From: Euprymna scolopes
Lineage: Eukaryota
Length of the DNA: 64,000 bases
Direction: 5' to 3' (one strand)
Assembly: GCA_053919585.1 (NCBI GenBank)
Contig: CM132792.1
A program made the position numbers and the translations under genes. A model generated the notes under the pieces. The model ran no database searches. It was not told the DNA's origin and saw only the letters and a program-made list of their open reading frames with translations. Shown piece after piece: positions 40,400-53,112 of this stretch. Position 1 is the first letter of the stretch. Each line of letters begins with the position of its first letter.

Positions 40400-40900
40400 C
40401 TTTTCCTATCTGCCCAGATTAATTGTGTTAACATGTGGTCAGTTGTATCACCATCACCAAATCAGTTCTGCTGGTGCGATATGCAGCCAGTCTCTTTTCT
40501 ATCCCCATCGATTTCATTGATGTGTTTTCGAGTACGGATACCAAAAGATGTTTGATGCACCTGCTCTTTAATTATATTGTCGTGACGGCCATGATTATTA
40601 TTCGGCATTCATGAATACTTTAGCCCGTGTAACAGAAAACAACAGTTTCTTTCTGTGCATATGGTCACTGAAATTGACCAATCAGCTCCCACAAAAGTAG
40701 TATATCAACATACAGAGACAGTATATAATAAGGGTATCTTTTCACTTAGCCGCTCATTTGAGGACAATGATTCCTGACATCTGATATCTGATGCGACCAT
40801 TTTTTTTCCAGTCTCTGCCGACTGTACTTTACTCCACGAATGTTTGCAAGATATTATAGTGCCATTTCACCACTGCGACTGTGACATCCGCAGCAGCCAT
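40400..40900 (-). mobile_element. Very decayed RTE-like LINE remnant (tentative)
   Basis: Weak minus-strand remnants resembling ILLYG.E and RQRL...H..RCQE. Confidence 0.25.
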
Positions 40901-41537
40901 CTTCCCATTGAATCTCTGCTAATCAGAACGATATTTTTACATGTACTATAACAATGATGACAGCAACAACCTTCTCTTCTTTTACACCATTTCAACAATG
41001 ACTGCCTTCATCATCACTACAATCACAGCAACTTCAGCAGCTATCAACTAATGCATGCATCATCAATCTCTACAGCTTGTCCTCTTGTACTGACGTCATC
41101 TTGCATTTTCTGATGAATCCTTCTTACTCATGCTGAACTTCTTCAGCTCCTTCATCTGGCATTGCCCTGCTTTTTCAGTTTCCGTCGACGGTCTGCCTTT
41201 TTCAGTACTCGTCAACTTAATGTCTTTTCTTTTACCAGCTCTTGATCACATCTATGCGCACCAAACTTGGGGCATTTCATTATGCCTCAGGAATGTCCAC
41301 ATCTTCATGTGATATCAACAGCTCCCTGTGAAAATACAGGACATTTCATTCAGGGTTTATCAAGCGATACATGCATCGCTATCATCACCCAGGAGACCCT
41401 TCGACCAGGATAGCAATGATGTTGATGGTGATCTTCTTTTTCTTCTTCTTCTTCTTCCTCCTCCTCATAATCCCCTCCTATTACTACTACTACTGCTACT
41501 ACTGCATCGTTTCATGCTGATTCATTGAATCATAAGA

Positions 41538-41615
41538 GAGGTGACGATGGTCTGGTGGTTAACGACACAGACTGATGACATGGGTGTTCCAAATTTGAAT
41601 CAAGTTCATTCCACA
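41538..41615 (+). mobile_element. Degenerate tRNA-derived SINE head (tentative)
   Basis: A-box-like TGGTCTGGTGGTTAA and a degenerate B-box (ATTTGAATC) at tRNA-like spacing. Confidence 0.35.
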
Positions 41616-42006
41616 AAAATCACTTTCAATTAGGATGTTGGCAACCTTCTTGTAGTCCATCCCGTAAGTACCCGATGTCTTTATAGAAATAATTCTGACG
41701 AGTAAAGTATTGGGGAAACCAATTGCAACAATAGAATATTGGGTTCATACGATATGATGGTGATGATGAATCATGAATTTGTTTAATTATCATACGATAA
41801 CAATCCACCCTTTTTTCTAGCAATTCATTGAACCATGAACTCTTTTCCTAATTGTCACTTATTTTATTTCTTTGAAATAAACACCACCTTTATATTTTAC
41901 CGCACACACAATTTTGTTTGCCCTTCTTTGTCATTGCTGTATTTTTGTTTGTGCCTCCATTCTTAGTTGAAAGACCAATCACCATAATCAGCTGCTTCAG
42001 CAAGTA

Positions 42007-43193
42007 ATGATTTCAATGTTAGTGATACAGACAATGATTTCAGTGTGTTAGTGATACAGACAATGATTTCAATGTGTTAGTGATACAGACAATGATTTCA
42101 ATGTGTTAGTGATACAGACAACGATTTCAATGTGTTAGTGATACAGACAATGATTTCAGTGTGTAAGTGATACAGACAATGATTTCAATGTGTTAGTGAT
42201 ACAGACAATGATTTCAATGTGTTAGTGATACAGACAATGATTTCAATGTGTTAGTGATACAGACAATGATTTCAATGTGTTATTAATACAGACAATGATT
42301 TCAATGTGTTAGTGATACAGACAATGATTTCAATGTGTTATTAATACAGACAATGATTTCAATGTGTTAGTGATACAGACAATGATTTCAATGTGTTAGT
42401 GATACAGACAATGATTTCAATGTTAGTGATACAGACAATGATTTCAGTGTGTTAGTGATACAGACAATGATTTCAATGTGTTAGTGATACAGACAATGAT
42501 TTCAATGTGTTAGTGATACAGACAATGATTTCAATGTGTAAGTGATACAGACAATGATTTCAGTGTGTTAGTGATACAGACAATGATTTCAATGTGTTAG
42601 TGATACAGACAATGATTTCAATGTGTTATTAATACAGACAATGATTTCAGTGTGTTATTAATACAGACAATGATTTCAATGTGTTAGTGATACAGACAAT
42701 GATTTCAATGTGTTAGTGATACAGACAATGATTTCAGTGTGTAAGTGATACAAACAATGATTTCAATGTGCTAGTGATACAGACAATGATTTCAATGTGT
42801 TAGTGATACAGACAATGATTTCAATGTGTAAGTGATACAGACAATGATTTCAATGTGTTATTAATACAGACAATGATTTCAATGTGTTAGTGATACAGAC
42901 AATGATTTCAATGTGTTAGTGATACAGACAATGATTTCAATGTGTTAATGATACAGACAATGATTTCAATGTGTTAGTGATACAGACAATGATTTCAATG
43001 TGTTAGTGATACAGACAATGATTTCAATGTGTTAGTGATACAGACAATAATTTCAATGTGTTAGTGATACAGACAATGATTTCAATGTGTTAGTGATACA
43101 GACAATGATTTCAATGTGTTAGTGATACAGACAATGATTTCAATGTGTTAGTGATACAGACAATGATTTCAATGTGTTATTAATACAAACAAT
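42007..43193. repeat. 29-bp satellite, ~41 copies
   Basis: GACAATGATTTCAATGTGTTAGTGATACA in tandem with recurrent variants; no spacers. Confidence 0.97.
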
Positions 43194-43759
43194 GGCCAGA
43201 GAATAGCAGATTATCCAAACTTAACCACAGTTTGTAACATCTCAAAAACTTAATCTAAAAGGAATGAACGAAAAGATACTGAATCATTGATTTAATATTG
43301 ATTGTTAGAAAATTAGGTTCAACAAAACATCTTAACTTAATAACCATTTCCAGCAATGATGCCATAAGCAAACCACAACAGACATCCATCAAGCACGCAT
43401 AATGTCCACCGAAAAGATCAAAAAATACTTCTGTCGTCGTTGTAGTCGTCATCATCTATTATATATTAATAGAATAGCATGTGTATGTTATTTATTTTGT
43501 GTGTCACGCTTACATCCGAGTGACTGTCGTTTAATTGTTATGGACTTCCATTTATTGTAATAAATAATTTTACCAAAAATTCTTTATGAGTTCTTTTTCG
43601 GTTTCGATTATAGCTGATTGCACTCAAGTTATTTATTTTGTTATAAATAATTTTACCAATAATTCTTCATAAGTTTTGGTTTCGGTTTTGATTATAGCTG
43701 ATGGCACACCAGCAATCTATTTTTTTTTTATAAATAATTATATCAAGAATTCTTCATAT

Positions 43760-44500
43760 GTTTTGTGATGGGGTTCTTTTAGAATGTATGGGGGTATATA
43801 CAGTTCCGGTTGTAAGTAGGGTGTGTGTAATTAAGGATCAAGTGAGTTGTGTGTTTCTTATAATTGGGCAATTACGTTATTGGTATGCAAACGGTATAGT
43901 ATTTTATTTTAGGGGTGGTTTATAGGTATTGTTAGAAGGGGAAGAAGTTACTAAAGGGTAGGGATTTATAATGTTTGCAATTAAGTGAGGTTTCGGTTTT
44001 TTATTTAAAAGTTTGTCTCTATCTCTAAAATTAGTAATCAGTAATTTTTCAGTTAAGCATAAGTAACATGGGGAGTTTAGTGATTTACATACCCCCATAC
44101 ATTCTAAAAGAACCCATCACAGAACCCCCACTTATTTATCCCCACCACTTTTTAACTGTATCCTTCTTTGCCTAACTCACTCCTCATTTCATTATTTAAA
44201 ACCTAAATCCCAACCCTTATCACATCTTAACCCTCCTTCCTCCTCATAACACCACACAAGACTGGCTTTAATTAACACACCGCATTTTACACCTCACTTC
44301 TCTATAAATCGGCTTCCACTTTCTCTTCCCTACACCGCCTCCTTCTCACACCAAAAATTTGCCTCCACCCCGCCTACCTCCACAATACCTTCCAAACCCC
44401 TCCTAACTTTACCCCCTAAGCCCCTTAAGTATCAGTCCCTTAACATGAATACTATACACTCATATATGACCCCGTAGCCCTATCTACCCCACATTTACAA
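43760..44500 (-). mobile_element. Penelope-like element 3' remnant with inverted segment
   Basis: PCYLCLTEKLLITNF...LLNKK is a PLE GIY-YIG C-terminal motif; tgtgatgggttcttttagaatgtatgggggtat (~43764) is inverted at ~44088-44121. Confidence 0.6.
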
Positions 44501-45450
44501 CCCATAACTTTCAGTAATATGTTTATCCTTATAATCTGCCAATCACTCAGAGTTCTCGCCTCATAGTTTCTTATTGGCTTATTTGATTGCTAGGTTTGGA
44601 TTTCTAATGTTTTAGTTACGTCTTTATCAAAATTGGTATTCCATGACTTGCTCTTCTGTCTATTATTTACTTGTTAACAACTAATTATCTATTTACCATC
44701 TACATTATTTAACTAATTATTTAATTTACCATCTACATATATTATATTTTTTCTTTTATATTTACTTCTCACTAATTCTCTCTTTAATTATTATCTTTTT
44801 TGATCCGAAGCTTATATATATATATATATTTATGTATTTGTGTATGTATATATACTCATGCATGTTNNNNNNNNNNNNNNNNNNNNNNNNNNNNNNNNNN
44901 NNNNNNNNNNNNNNNNNNNNNNNNNNNNNNNNNNNNNNNNNNNNNNNNNNNNNNNNNNNNNNNNNNNNNNNNNNNNNNNNNNNNNNNNNNNNNNNTCCTT
45001 AAATATTTTTATTAATTCATTATTTGATTAACTTACTGATATTCTTACCTATTTTTATATTATCAATATGCCGCATATTAACTAATCAATATTACAACTT
45101 TGCATAACCCCCCTCCCCCAAATTATAAGCGATTTTATAGCCGCCATTTGCCGTTTAGGTTGCACCTGTTAAAAATACCACTCCACAAACCGTTAAAATA
45201 AATTACCACGCAGCAACAATACACCCCCAATTTAATCCTAAAACATTTACTATTTAAACTCAACACTATGTTAAAGACCATATACGATCTTATATATCAT
45301 ACTCTATATAACAAGCTTCTCCTTTATTTATTTAGAATTCAATAAAGCTTCCTCCAACATTCTATAATTCCTCTTAATCTTTTTCGTCCCTAATGAACCC
45401 TACGCTAGACGCCGCATCTTCTCCATGCTACCTAGCACCTTCTCTACTCT

Positions 45451-45506
<56 letters not shown>

Positions 45507-45551
45507 GTTTAGAGGTTTGTATATAGTTTTAAAAAAAGTAATAGGTGGAAG

Positions 45552-45593
45552 TTTCTCGAGAGCTCTTTCGGCTATCATCTCGTCAGGAGTAAA
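45552..45593 (-). ncRNA. Minimal type I hammerhead ribozyme in the Penelope 3' pLTR
   Basis: UUUACUC-CUGACGA-G..C-GAAA-GAGCUC-UC-GAGAAA on the minus strand. Confidence 0.8.
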
Positions 45594-45755
45594 TCGATAG
45601 CAACCTAAATAATATTGTAACGAAAATAAACAGTTCTATTGGGGAACTTATTAAATGTGCCAAACGTACGGGGACACTAATTAAATTTATTTACGTTTAA
45701 AAACGATTAAAGTATTGGCACAACGAGGGAGAAAAAAAAAGCGGGAGAAAAAAAT

Positions 45756-46560
45756 TCAAAATTCCCCAAAGAGAAACAATCCGTTTGATGTTTCTTTTTG
45801 CCGGCACAAAGAAGGTTGACGCACCGCGATAGAGACGGCCTCCAAAATCTTTAAATGGTTTTTGGAGTCCGCTCTATGTAGCACCTCGAACCAATCTATT
45901 TTATATCTATCGGCACAGCACGGGTTGTCAACCAAATGCTGGCCAATAGCAGAGTCCAAGGCTGCAGAAGGAGGGAGACCACCAGACCCCATCCTCCCTT
46001 GTCTGATCTTCGATGGAACATGCTGGTTTATACGAGTCAAAAGGTGCAAGGATGTTCGCCCAACATAACCAGCATCGCACTGGCATCTAAACTGATATAC
46101 AATGTTACTATTTTGGATGTAAGGCAAACTATCCTTGCGAAAAGATGGAAAAGCAGGTCTCGTAGTATGTACCAAACGCAAGGACACCGAATTGAAGCAG
46201 TCGTAAATACTTCTTCGAATCTGTTTGGAAATTCTATTACTCCCCTCCCTAATCCACGGTAATTTAAAATAAACCGGGCATTTCAAGGGTCCAAACTTTT
46301 TAGAGGATTTAAAATCCGCAACCTTTTTGAAAATACAGTCATCAATAAGGTCAACAGGATAACCATTATTGATGAATATTTCCCTGATCTTATCGAGTTC
46401 AACATCTAATCTGTTAGGCGAACAAATCATGAGGGCTCTATGTACCAAAGTATTAATTAAGCCGACCTTACGTGATTTAGGTACAAAAGACAACCAGTTC
46501 ACATATAGGCCAGTAAATGTCGGCTTTCTATAAATTGTAGTGAGAAAGCCCCCCCACCCT
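45756..46560 (-). CDS. Penelope-like thumb/linker plus GIY-YIG endonuclease (frameshifted from RT)
   Basis: YRKPTFTG, NGYP, IVYQFRCQCDAGYVGRT...TRINQH, SAIGQHL, LKILEA. Confidence 0.9.
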
Positions 46561-47519
46561 TGAGCGTTCGACAAGAACATCCAAGAAAGGAAGCGAATTG
46601 TCCTTCTCACTTTCCATAGTGAACTTAAGAGCCCCATGTAAAGAATTCAACCTATTAAAAAATATCGACGCTTCACTTTGCGAAGGAAAAATAGCAAAAG
46701 TGTCGTCAACATATCTGAAATATGCAGTGGGTTTAGTTGTAGAATTAAACATAACGGATTCATAGTACCCGACGAAAATATCCGCTAAAGTTGGGGCCAA
46801 CGGACTCCCCATTGAAACCCCGTCAACCTGACAGTACATAATATCACAAAAACTAAATTCCACGGATTTCGTACACATTAAAATGAGTTCAATAAGAATC
46901 TCTTTACAAAACCGTGGAGCAGTCAGGCGACCATCATATAAAGCGTCGGCACATATGCGTATAGTCTCATCCAACGGTATGTTGGTAAAAAGACTAGAGA
47001 CATCAAATGAGCACATGAAAGACGTTTCTGCATTTGAATCCAACCCACGTACACAATCAACGAACCGAAAAGAATCTGGGATACAATGCGTGGTGTATAA
47101 CTCACGCACAGGTTGCAGAATTTCCACAAGCCACTGATCCAAAGAATGTTGTGCTGAACCAACCATTGATAAAACGGGTCTCAGTGGGACACCTTGCTTA
47201 TGGATTTTGGGGAGACCATACATTCTGGGACGTTGTGACCCAGAGGGCCTGATCCTATCATAGACATCCTTGCAAAAAAACTTCTTTTTAAATAATGCAA
47301 GTAGACGTCTTTGCATTTTAGCCTCGTTCTTACAAGTATTATCCGTCCACTCGACAGAGCCGAGTTTACGGAATTTCGAACCATCATTGAGAATAACTGC
47401 CATTTTCTCAACGTACTCCGATTTATCCAAAATCACCACTTCTGCACCTGCACCTTTGTCTGGTTTACACATATAAATATCGGTATTAGATTTTAACGCT
47501 TTCATAGTCTTAAATTGCG
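46528..47519 (-). CDS. Penelope-like reverse transcriptase
   Basis: KPDKG, YGLPKIHK..PLRP, FDVSSLFTNIP, GVSMGSPLAP, RYVDDTF, LPFLDV. The N-terminal ~21 aa of the tracked ORF come from the inverted pLTR. Confidence 0.9.
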
Positions 47520-47686
47520 TTTTGAATTTTTTCTCCCGCTTTTTTTTTCTCCCTCGTTGTGCCAATATTTTAATCGTTTTCAAACGTAAATAAATTTAAT
47601 TAGTGTCCCCGTACGTTTGGCACATTTAATAAGTTCCCCAATAGAACTGTTTATTTTCGTTACAATATTATTTAGGTTGCTATCGA

Positions 47687-47728
47687 TTTACTCCTGACGA
47701 GATGATAGCCGAAAGAGCTCTCGAGAAA
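47687..47728 (+). ncRNA. Minimal type I hammerhead ribozyme in the inverted pLTR
   Basis: tttactc CTGACGA gatgatagcc GAAA gagctc TC gagaaa; intact core and palindromic stem III. Confidence 0.8.
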
Positions 47729-47751
47729 CTTCCGCCTATTACTTTTTATAA

Positions 47752-47820
<69 letters not shown>

Positions 47821-47821
<1 letters not shown>

Positions 47822-50200
47822 TAGCTGTACCCGGCCACGCATTGCTGTGGCTCAGTTTGTTAAAATGGAACACATTCGTCAAAAAAAATTGCATTTTATT
47901 CGTTTATTTACTTTTAGTATTTTTTGCAATTTTTTTAATCAATAAAAGTTATTTTTCCCTCATAAAAAAAGATTAATTTTTTACCATAAATTGTTAGGTG
48001 AAAGTTTTTTTTTCAGGAAAACTTGCACTTTTTTTTTTAAAGAAATTTGGCAGTAAACGTTTCTCTTTGAAAACGGAATTTTTATTATAAAAAGAACAGA
48101 TGAATGCTTTACATGAACACTGTAAATAGTTATGTGAAAGTAGAGAAAAGTTTGATTCTTTTTTTCATGAGAATGTACAAATTATTTTTTTTTAACAGAT
48201 GTTCAGAAAATAAACAGAAAAATACTTCCATCATTAATTATGCAGAAAAATAAATAAAATGTTGATTTAGTGTTTTAACATTATGCTTATAAATTACGAC
48301 AAAACTTGCTGAGTATGCGCTGTTTTACGGTTGTCGTAAAAATCGAACGGAAACTTAAATTTCGCTTCGTTTTAATCTTTCTTAATTTTTTAATTGTGCC
48401 CCCCCAAACGAATATAATCAAAACAGTAACATTCAACAATTGTACTTTATGTATATAAAACACAAAATATTTTTTAAAAAATGTTAATAACGAAAGGGAA
48501 ATAATTCCATTTTTAAACGAAAAAGTCAGTTTGGTATATCTTTTTGTTATTTTTTACATAAGTCCAGCTTACCATTCACATTGGAAATGTCGACATTTAT
48601 AGGTTGTTGGGTACGTTTAAAACGAATAAACACTCCAATCTAGTAGATGTATCAGAATTTTTGTAGGAATTTTTGACACCCCTAACACGAAACTGCGAAT
48701 AAAATATAAAAACTCGTAATTTCTCTTTTAAAAGTGGGTTGTTTATTTTCTTTATGGATTATACTTTCAAAATAAACTATTAAAGTTGTTTTAAAAGTAA
48801 TAGAAATATTTTTTTAAACAGTAATGAATTTTACGAACTCAATATTTTTCAATTTTTAAACTTTAAAAATCTATCAAAATTTTTCTATTGATTCTATTTT
48901 TACGATATTTTCAGGATCAATGTGAAATTTTATGCTCTTTCCAATAAACCGAATATAATATTTTAGGCAAACGTTTTTGTTTAATTCACGCCCCCCCCAT
49001 TTTCAAGTGTCTATTAAAAAGTAAATAATTAATTTACACACCAAAGTTTTATATATCACAAATTGAAGAGAAAAGGTCAATAAATAATATATTCAAATTT
49101 AAAACAAAAAAGCAGTGTTTTTTAGAAATTTACCTGTAAAGTTCGAAGTTTTTTTTAAACCACGTTGTTTGTTTTTTCTTTTCTTTTATGAAACCTTGGT
49201 CCTTGCTCCTTTAATTGAAAAAAAAATTAGGGCTTGAATTACATTTTTCGAGTAGTTATAAGCTTGGAAAGACAGGGGGTCGAATAATTCACGCCTCCCA
49301 TTTTGAAATGTCTATTAAAAAGTAATGTCTATTAAAAAGTAAATAATTAATTTACTCAAGTGTTATATATCACAAATTGAAGAGAAAAGGGTCAATAAAT
49401 AATATATTCAAATTTAAAACAAAAAAGTAGCGTTTTTAGAAATTTACCTGTAAAGTTCGACGTTTAAAACCTTTTAAAAAAACACGTTGTTTGTTTTTTT
49501 TGTTTTGTTTTTTTAATGAAACCTTGGTCCTTGCTCCTTTAATTGAAAAAAAAATTAGGGCTTGAGTTACATTTTTCGAGGAGTTATAAGCTTGGAAAGA
49601 CGGGGTGGAATTATTAACTATTTTTCACGAAATTTCTGACACACCTACCAATCTACCCATGTTAGAACGGCTTTCAGAATAGACACCCCTAACCTTGCCA
49701 GCATACCCGAAAAGCTATAAAAGTTGATGTGTCGAATGTGAACGATGAGTTGGACGTAAAAATGTACCGAATTTAAAAGGGAACGAAATTCAAATTTCCG
49801 TTCCAGTTTTACAACAACCGTAAAGCAGAGCATTCTATACAAATTTTACATAACTTACTGTATTAATGCTATTTTTTTAAGCAAAAAAAAAAAATTTAGG
49901 TTTGGCTATAAATTCCTAAACTCATTTCACCCTAAATAATTTAGGTGACTGAAATAGGAATCTAATGGAATCTTTAATTTCCTGAATAGTATGTGAGAAA
50001 TTCATTTTTCTCCGAGTTATATCGAATTCATTAATACGGACTTTAGGGGCTTTTTTCGGAATGTTCATGTAAAAATTATTTTTTATTGTTACAAATTACG
50101 ATGCTTTATTTATATAAAAAAAGCAAAAATAAATTCTTGCGTTTTTTATTTACTACTGAAAACCATAACTTTAGTAAATGCACTTTTTTGTTTAAACAAA
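47821..50200. mobile_element. Helitron-like 5' end followed by a large imperfect fold-back repeat
   Basis: (TA)n|CTAGCTGTACCCGGCCACGC.TTGCTGTGG start; inverted blocks ~48320/49829, ~48570/49740 and ~48110/50070. Confidence 0.5.
48644..49647. mobile_element. Non-autonomous TIR element with 9-bp TSD (MULE-like), copy 2, with ~300-bp internal tandem duplication
   Basis: TAGATGTATCAGAA...TTCTGACACACCTA; TSD CCAATCTAG / CCAATCTAC. Confidence 0.8.
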
Positions 50201-50574
50201 ATAAAACATTTTCACTAAGAGTTAAATAAAAAATAATTAGTTCATTATATTCTGCGATCATTATTTGATAAATACTGAAATTTTCATTAAAATTGGTTAA
50301 TTTCCTGATTTTTGGTGAATTTTTAAGTAAAGGGAAGGGTCAAAATGTTTATACACTTTGAGCGTCGGCATTCATTTTGTCTGTACCTACCATTTTTCGA
50401 TGAATATTTGATAGGAAAGCGACCACGTGTGGTTAATTTAAATCAAATTTCAATCACATGGTTACATTATCAATAATCATGTAATTAAACCCATTGAAAA
50501 TTTACCGATGTTGTAAACACATTCTGTTTACATTAAGCCTGTAGTGCTGAGACCAAAATACCCTTTTAGTGATG

Positions 50575-51515
50575 CAGTGTTGGCAACTGAGATTTTAAAA
50601 AAACCCGCGAGATCAGGAGAAAGAAATGTCCAGAAAATCGCTAGATTTTTAACTTTTATCATCTGAAATTTTCAAAAATCGCTAATTCACCCCCCACCTC
50701 CCAAAACTCCATATTTTAACTTCGTACAATAAAAAAAATTATAAATATAGTATATTCAATATATAAAATGTCCCGTGTTTTCTCACTATATGTTTCTGGA
50801 ATTATATTGAAGCGATTAGCTCCCCAGAAGGCTTACATATTTTATCAGCTAGTTTTACCTGTTTTTTCAGAGAGGGTATTTTTTTTCAAGAAACAAATCA
50901 TAAACTCAAACTTTTTATAATAAAAGTTAAATTCAAATATACTGCAAATTAAACATCACAATAATGGTGCAACATATTTTGAAATTAGAAAAATAAAAAA
51001 ACAAAAAACTTTGTTTTAGCATGTTAAAAGTATTTAGGTTGGTAGATAATTAAATTCTACTGTATTGGTATAAGTTTTTTTGTTTGTTTTTTTTTTGCTG
51101 TTGTTTCTTGCTTTTTACAATTTTCGACTAAATACTTCTAAATTAAGCGGGGTTGCTTAGATCGCATTTTAAACTAAACTTCGGAGGTTGGAATGCTCCC
51201 CCCCCACCTAAAATGTACTTGGAAAAATCGATTTTATAGCGAGATTTAAGAATGGTTAGCCGAGAAAAAGGTGAAAAGCAAAACAAATAATCAATAAATA
51301 ATTGTTACCAAAGACAATAAATGCTACTTTTTTTTTTACTTACATGAATGAATTTATTTTATGTTTTAAAGTATTTTCAAGTGCTTTTCTTTATTTTTTA
51401 ATCTAAAATTGCGGGTGTGTGGGTGCGAAATATCTCCAGATTTTCTAGAATTCCCCGCTAGATTGCAAACGAAATCTCCGGATCTAGCAGGAAAGCCGCT
51501 AAATTGGAAACACTG
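50575..51515. mobile_element. hAT-like MITE (tentative)
   Basis: CAGTGTTGGCAA...TTGGAAACACTG termini; related inverted sequence at ~10690-10805; no TSD visible. Confidence 0.45.
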
Positions 51516-52092
51516 GTCACGTGACAGGAAGCGGTAATAAATAATTGTCCCGAAATAAAAAAAAATGGCCTATCGGTACAAAGAAAACCACCTATTTATC
51601 ATAGAAAAATTAAGTATAATGTTATAATTAAAAAGAAATATATAAAAACACACATGGATATAGTAAACATATTATACAAAAACGTGCAAGCCATCCTCCC
51701 AGTGGTTTTTTAGACTATTAATTGCGNNNNNNNNNNNNNNNNNNNNNNNNNNNNNNNNNNNNNNNNNNNNNNNNNNNNNNNNNNNNNNNNNNNNNNNNNN
51801 NNNNNNNNNNNNNNNNNNNNNNNNNNNNNNNNNNNNNNNNNNNNNNNNNNNNNNNNNNNGTTATAATAAATAATAATATAAAAATAATATATACGAAATC
51901 TGCAAGAATTAAAATATCATATTTAAGTGTACTTTACGACTGAGCTACGCCGGGCGTCCCTGCTAGCTTCTCCACGTTAAAAAAACGACCCTGGTGTCTA
52001 ACTCTGCCCCGTGGGGAGGCATTGTAAATAGGTACAATAATATCAGGGCATCTCCATTTATGCTGCACATCCACAGAATGCCAACATCAATA

Positions 52093-52190
52093 TTCTTCTT
52101 CTTCTTCTTCTTCTTCTTCTTCTTCTTCTTCTTCTTCTTCTTCTTCTTCTTCTTCTTCTTGTCGTCGTCGTCGTCGTCGTCGTCGTTGTT
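52093..52190. repeat. Compound (TTC)n(TCG)n microsatellite
   Basis: Direct. Confidence 0.95.
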
Positions 52191-53112
52191 GTTCACCATC
52201 ATCGTCATCGGGTAACGATCCATCATCTGGCAATTCATTGGGTCATAAACTCTTTTCCTAATGGTCACATATTTTACTTTTTTAATTAAATGTCACTTTT
52301 ATATTTTGCTACACGAATGAATTTCCTTCTTTCCATTGTTATATTTTTGTTTATTTCCTTTCTTCACGAACCAGTGACCCTGCAACGAAACATTAGTTTG
52401 ACATGTATGTTTTGGTGCATTACTTTTGAACACCAAATACATCAAGTTTTATTTTGAAGCAATATTTTATTATTTTTGGCTCTCTTTTGTGAGAACGAAT
52501 AAGAATGGAAAATCCATCTGCACCCATTGCAGTTGAAAGCAATGTCAACTTTTGAAACAACTTATTTACAAGTACATCCAACACTAAGCAATAGAAAGAT
52601 AAAAAAGAGAACGTGAAAAAAAAAAGTGAGAAAGAGAGAGTGAAAGAGAGAATATTGCATTTTCGTGCTTTGAGTATGCATTCTTTTGAATTGATTAGAT
52701 TAAAGACATTGTAAGGATACGTGTAAGTCATTACTGTGTTCAGTATTGTTCTTACACATGTACGAGAAAAAAATCTGATTATGGCATGCAACTAACATAG
52801 AAAACATTACAAGTGTATTTTCTTATGACAAACTTATAATTCAACAAGTTTTCCAAGAACCGATCAATAAATAGAAAAGTTTTAAAGTCGACTACAAAAT
52901 GATTTGAATTTTTATTTGAATAAATTGGTTCGAATTTTCCTTTCTTTTCTTTTTCTCTGTCTTTTTTTAGCGTTTTTTTTTTCTTTTATTTCTACCTCTT
53001 TTTCTTTTTCTTTATCTCTCTCTATCCCTCTTTATAATTTCCAGTGCTGGATATTCTTGTCAAGAGTTTAATGAGTTTACATCAAGTTCAATAATTTAAT
53101 TGTATTTTCCAG

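Larger units (their letters stand above)
45520..47760 (-). mobile_element. Penelope-like retroelement, 5'-truncated, with inverted pseudo-LTRs, inserted in (TA)n
   Basis: RT plus GIY-YIG endonuclease; ~240-bp inverted repeats 45520-45761 and 47520-47760; (TA)n on both sides. Confidence 0.95.

Noticed and set aside
42007-43193. CRISPR-like 29-bp repeats
   Set aside because: Head-to-tail units with no spacers.
47520-47583. Basic N-terminus MKTIKILAQRGRKKKREKK (NLS-like) on the Penelope RT ORF
   Set aside because: Read-through from the inverted pLTR; not a native N-terminus.
53045-53112. Alternative upstream acceptor for T-box exon 2 after a long pyrimidine tract
   Set aside because: All three frames hit stops before the T-box; 53113 is the phase-compatible acceptor.
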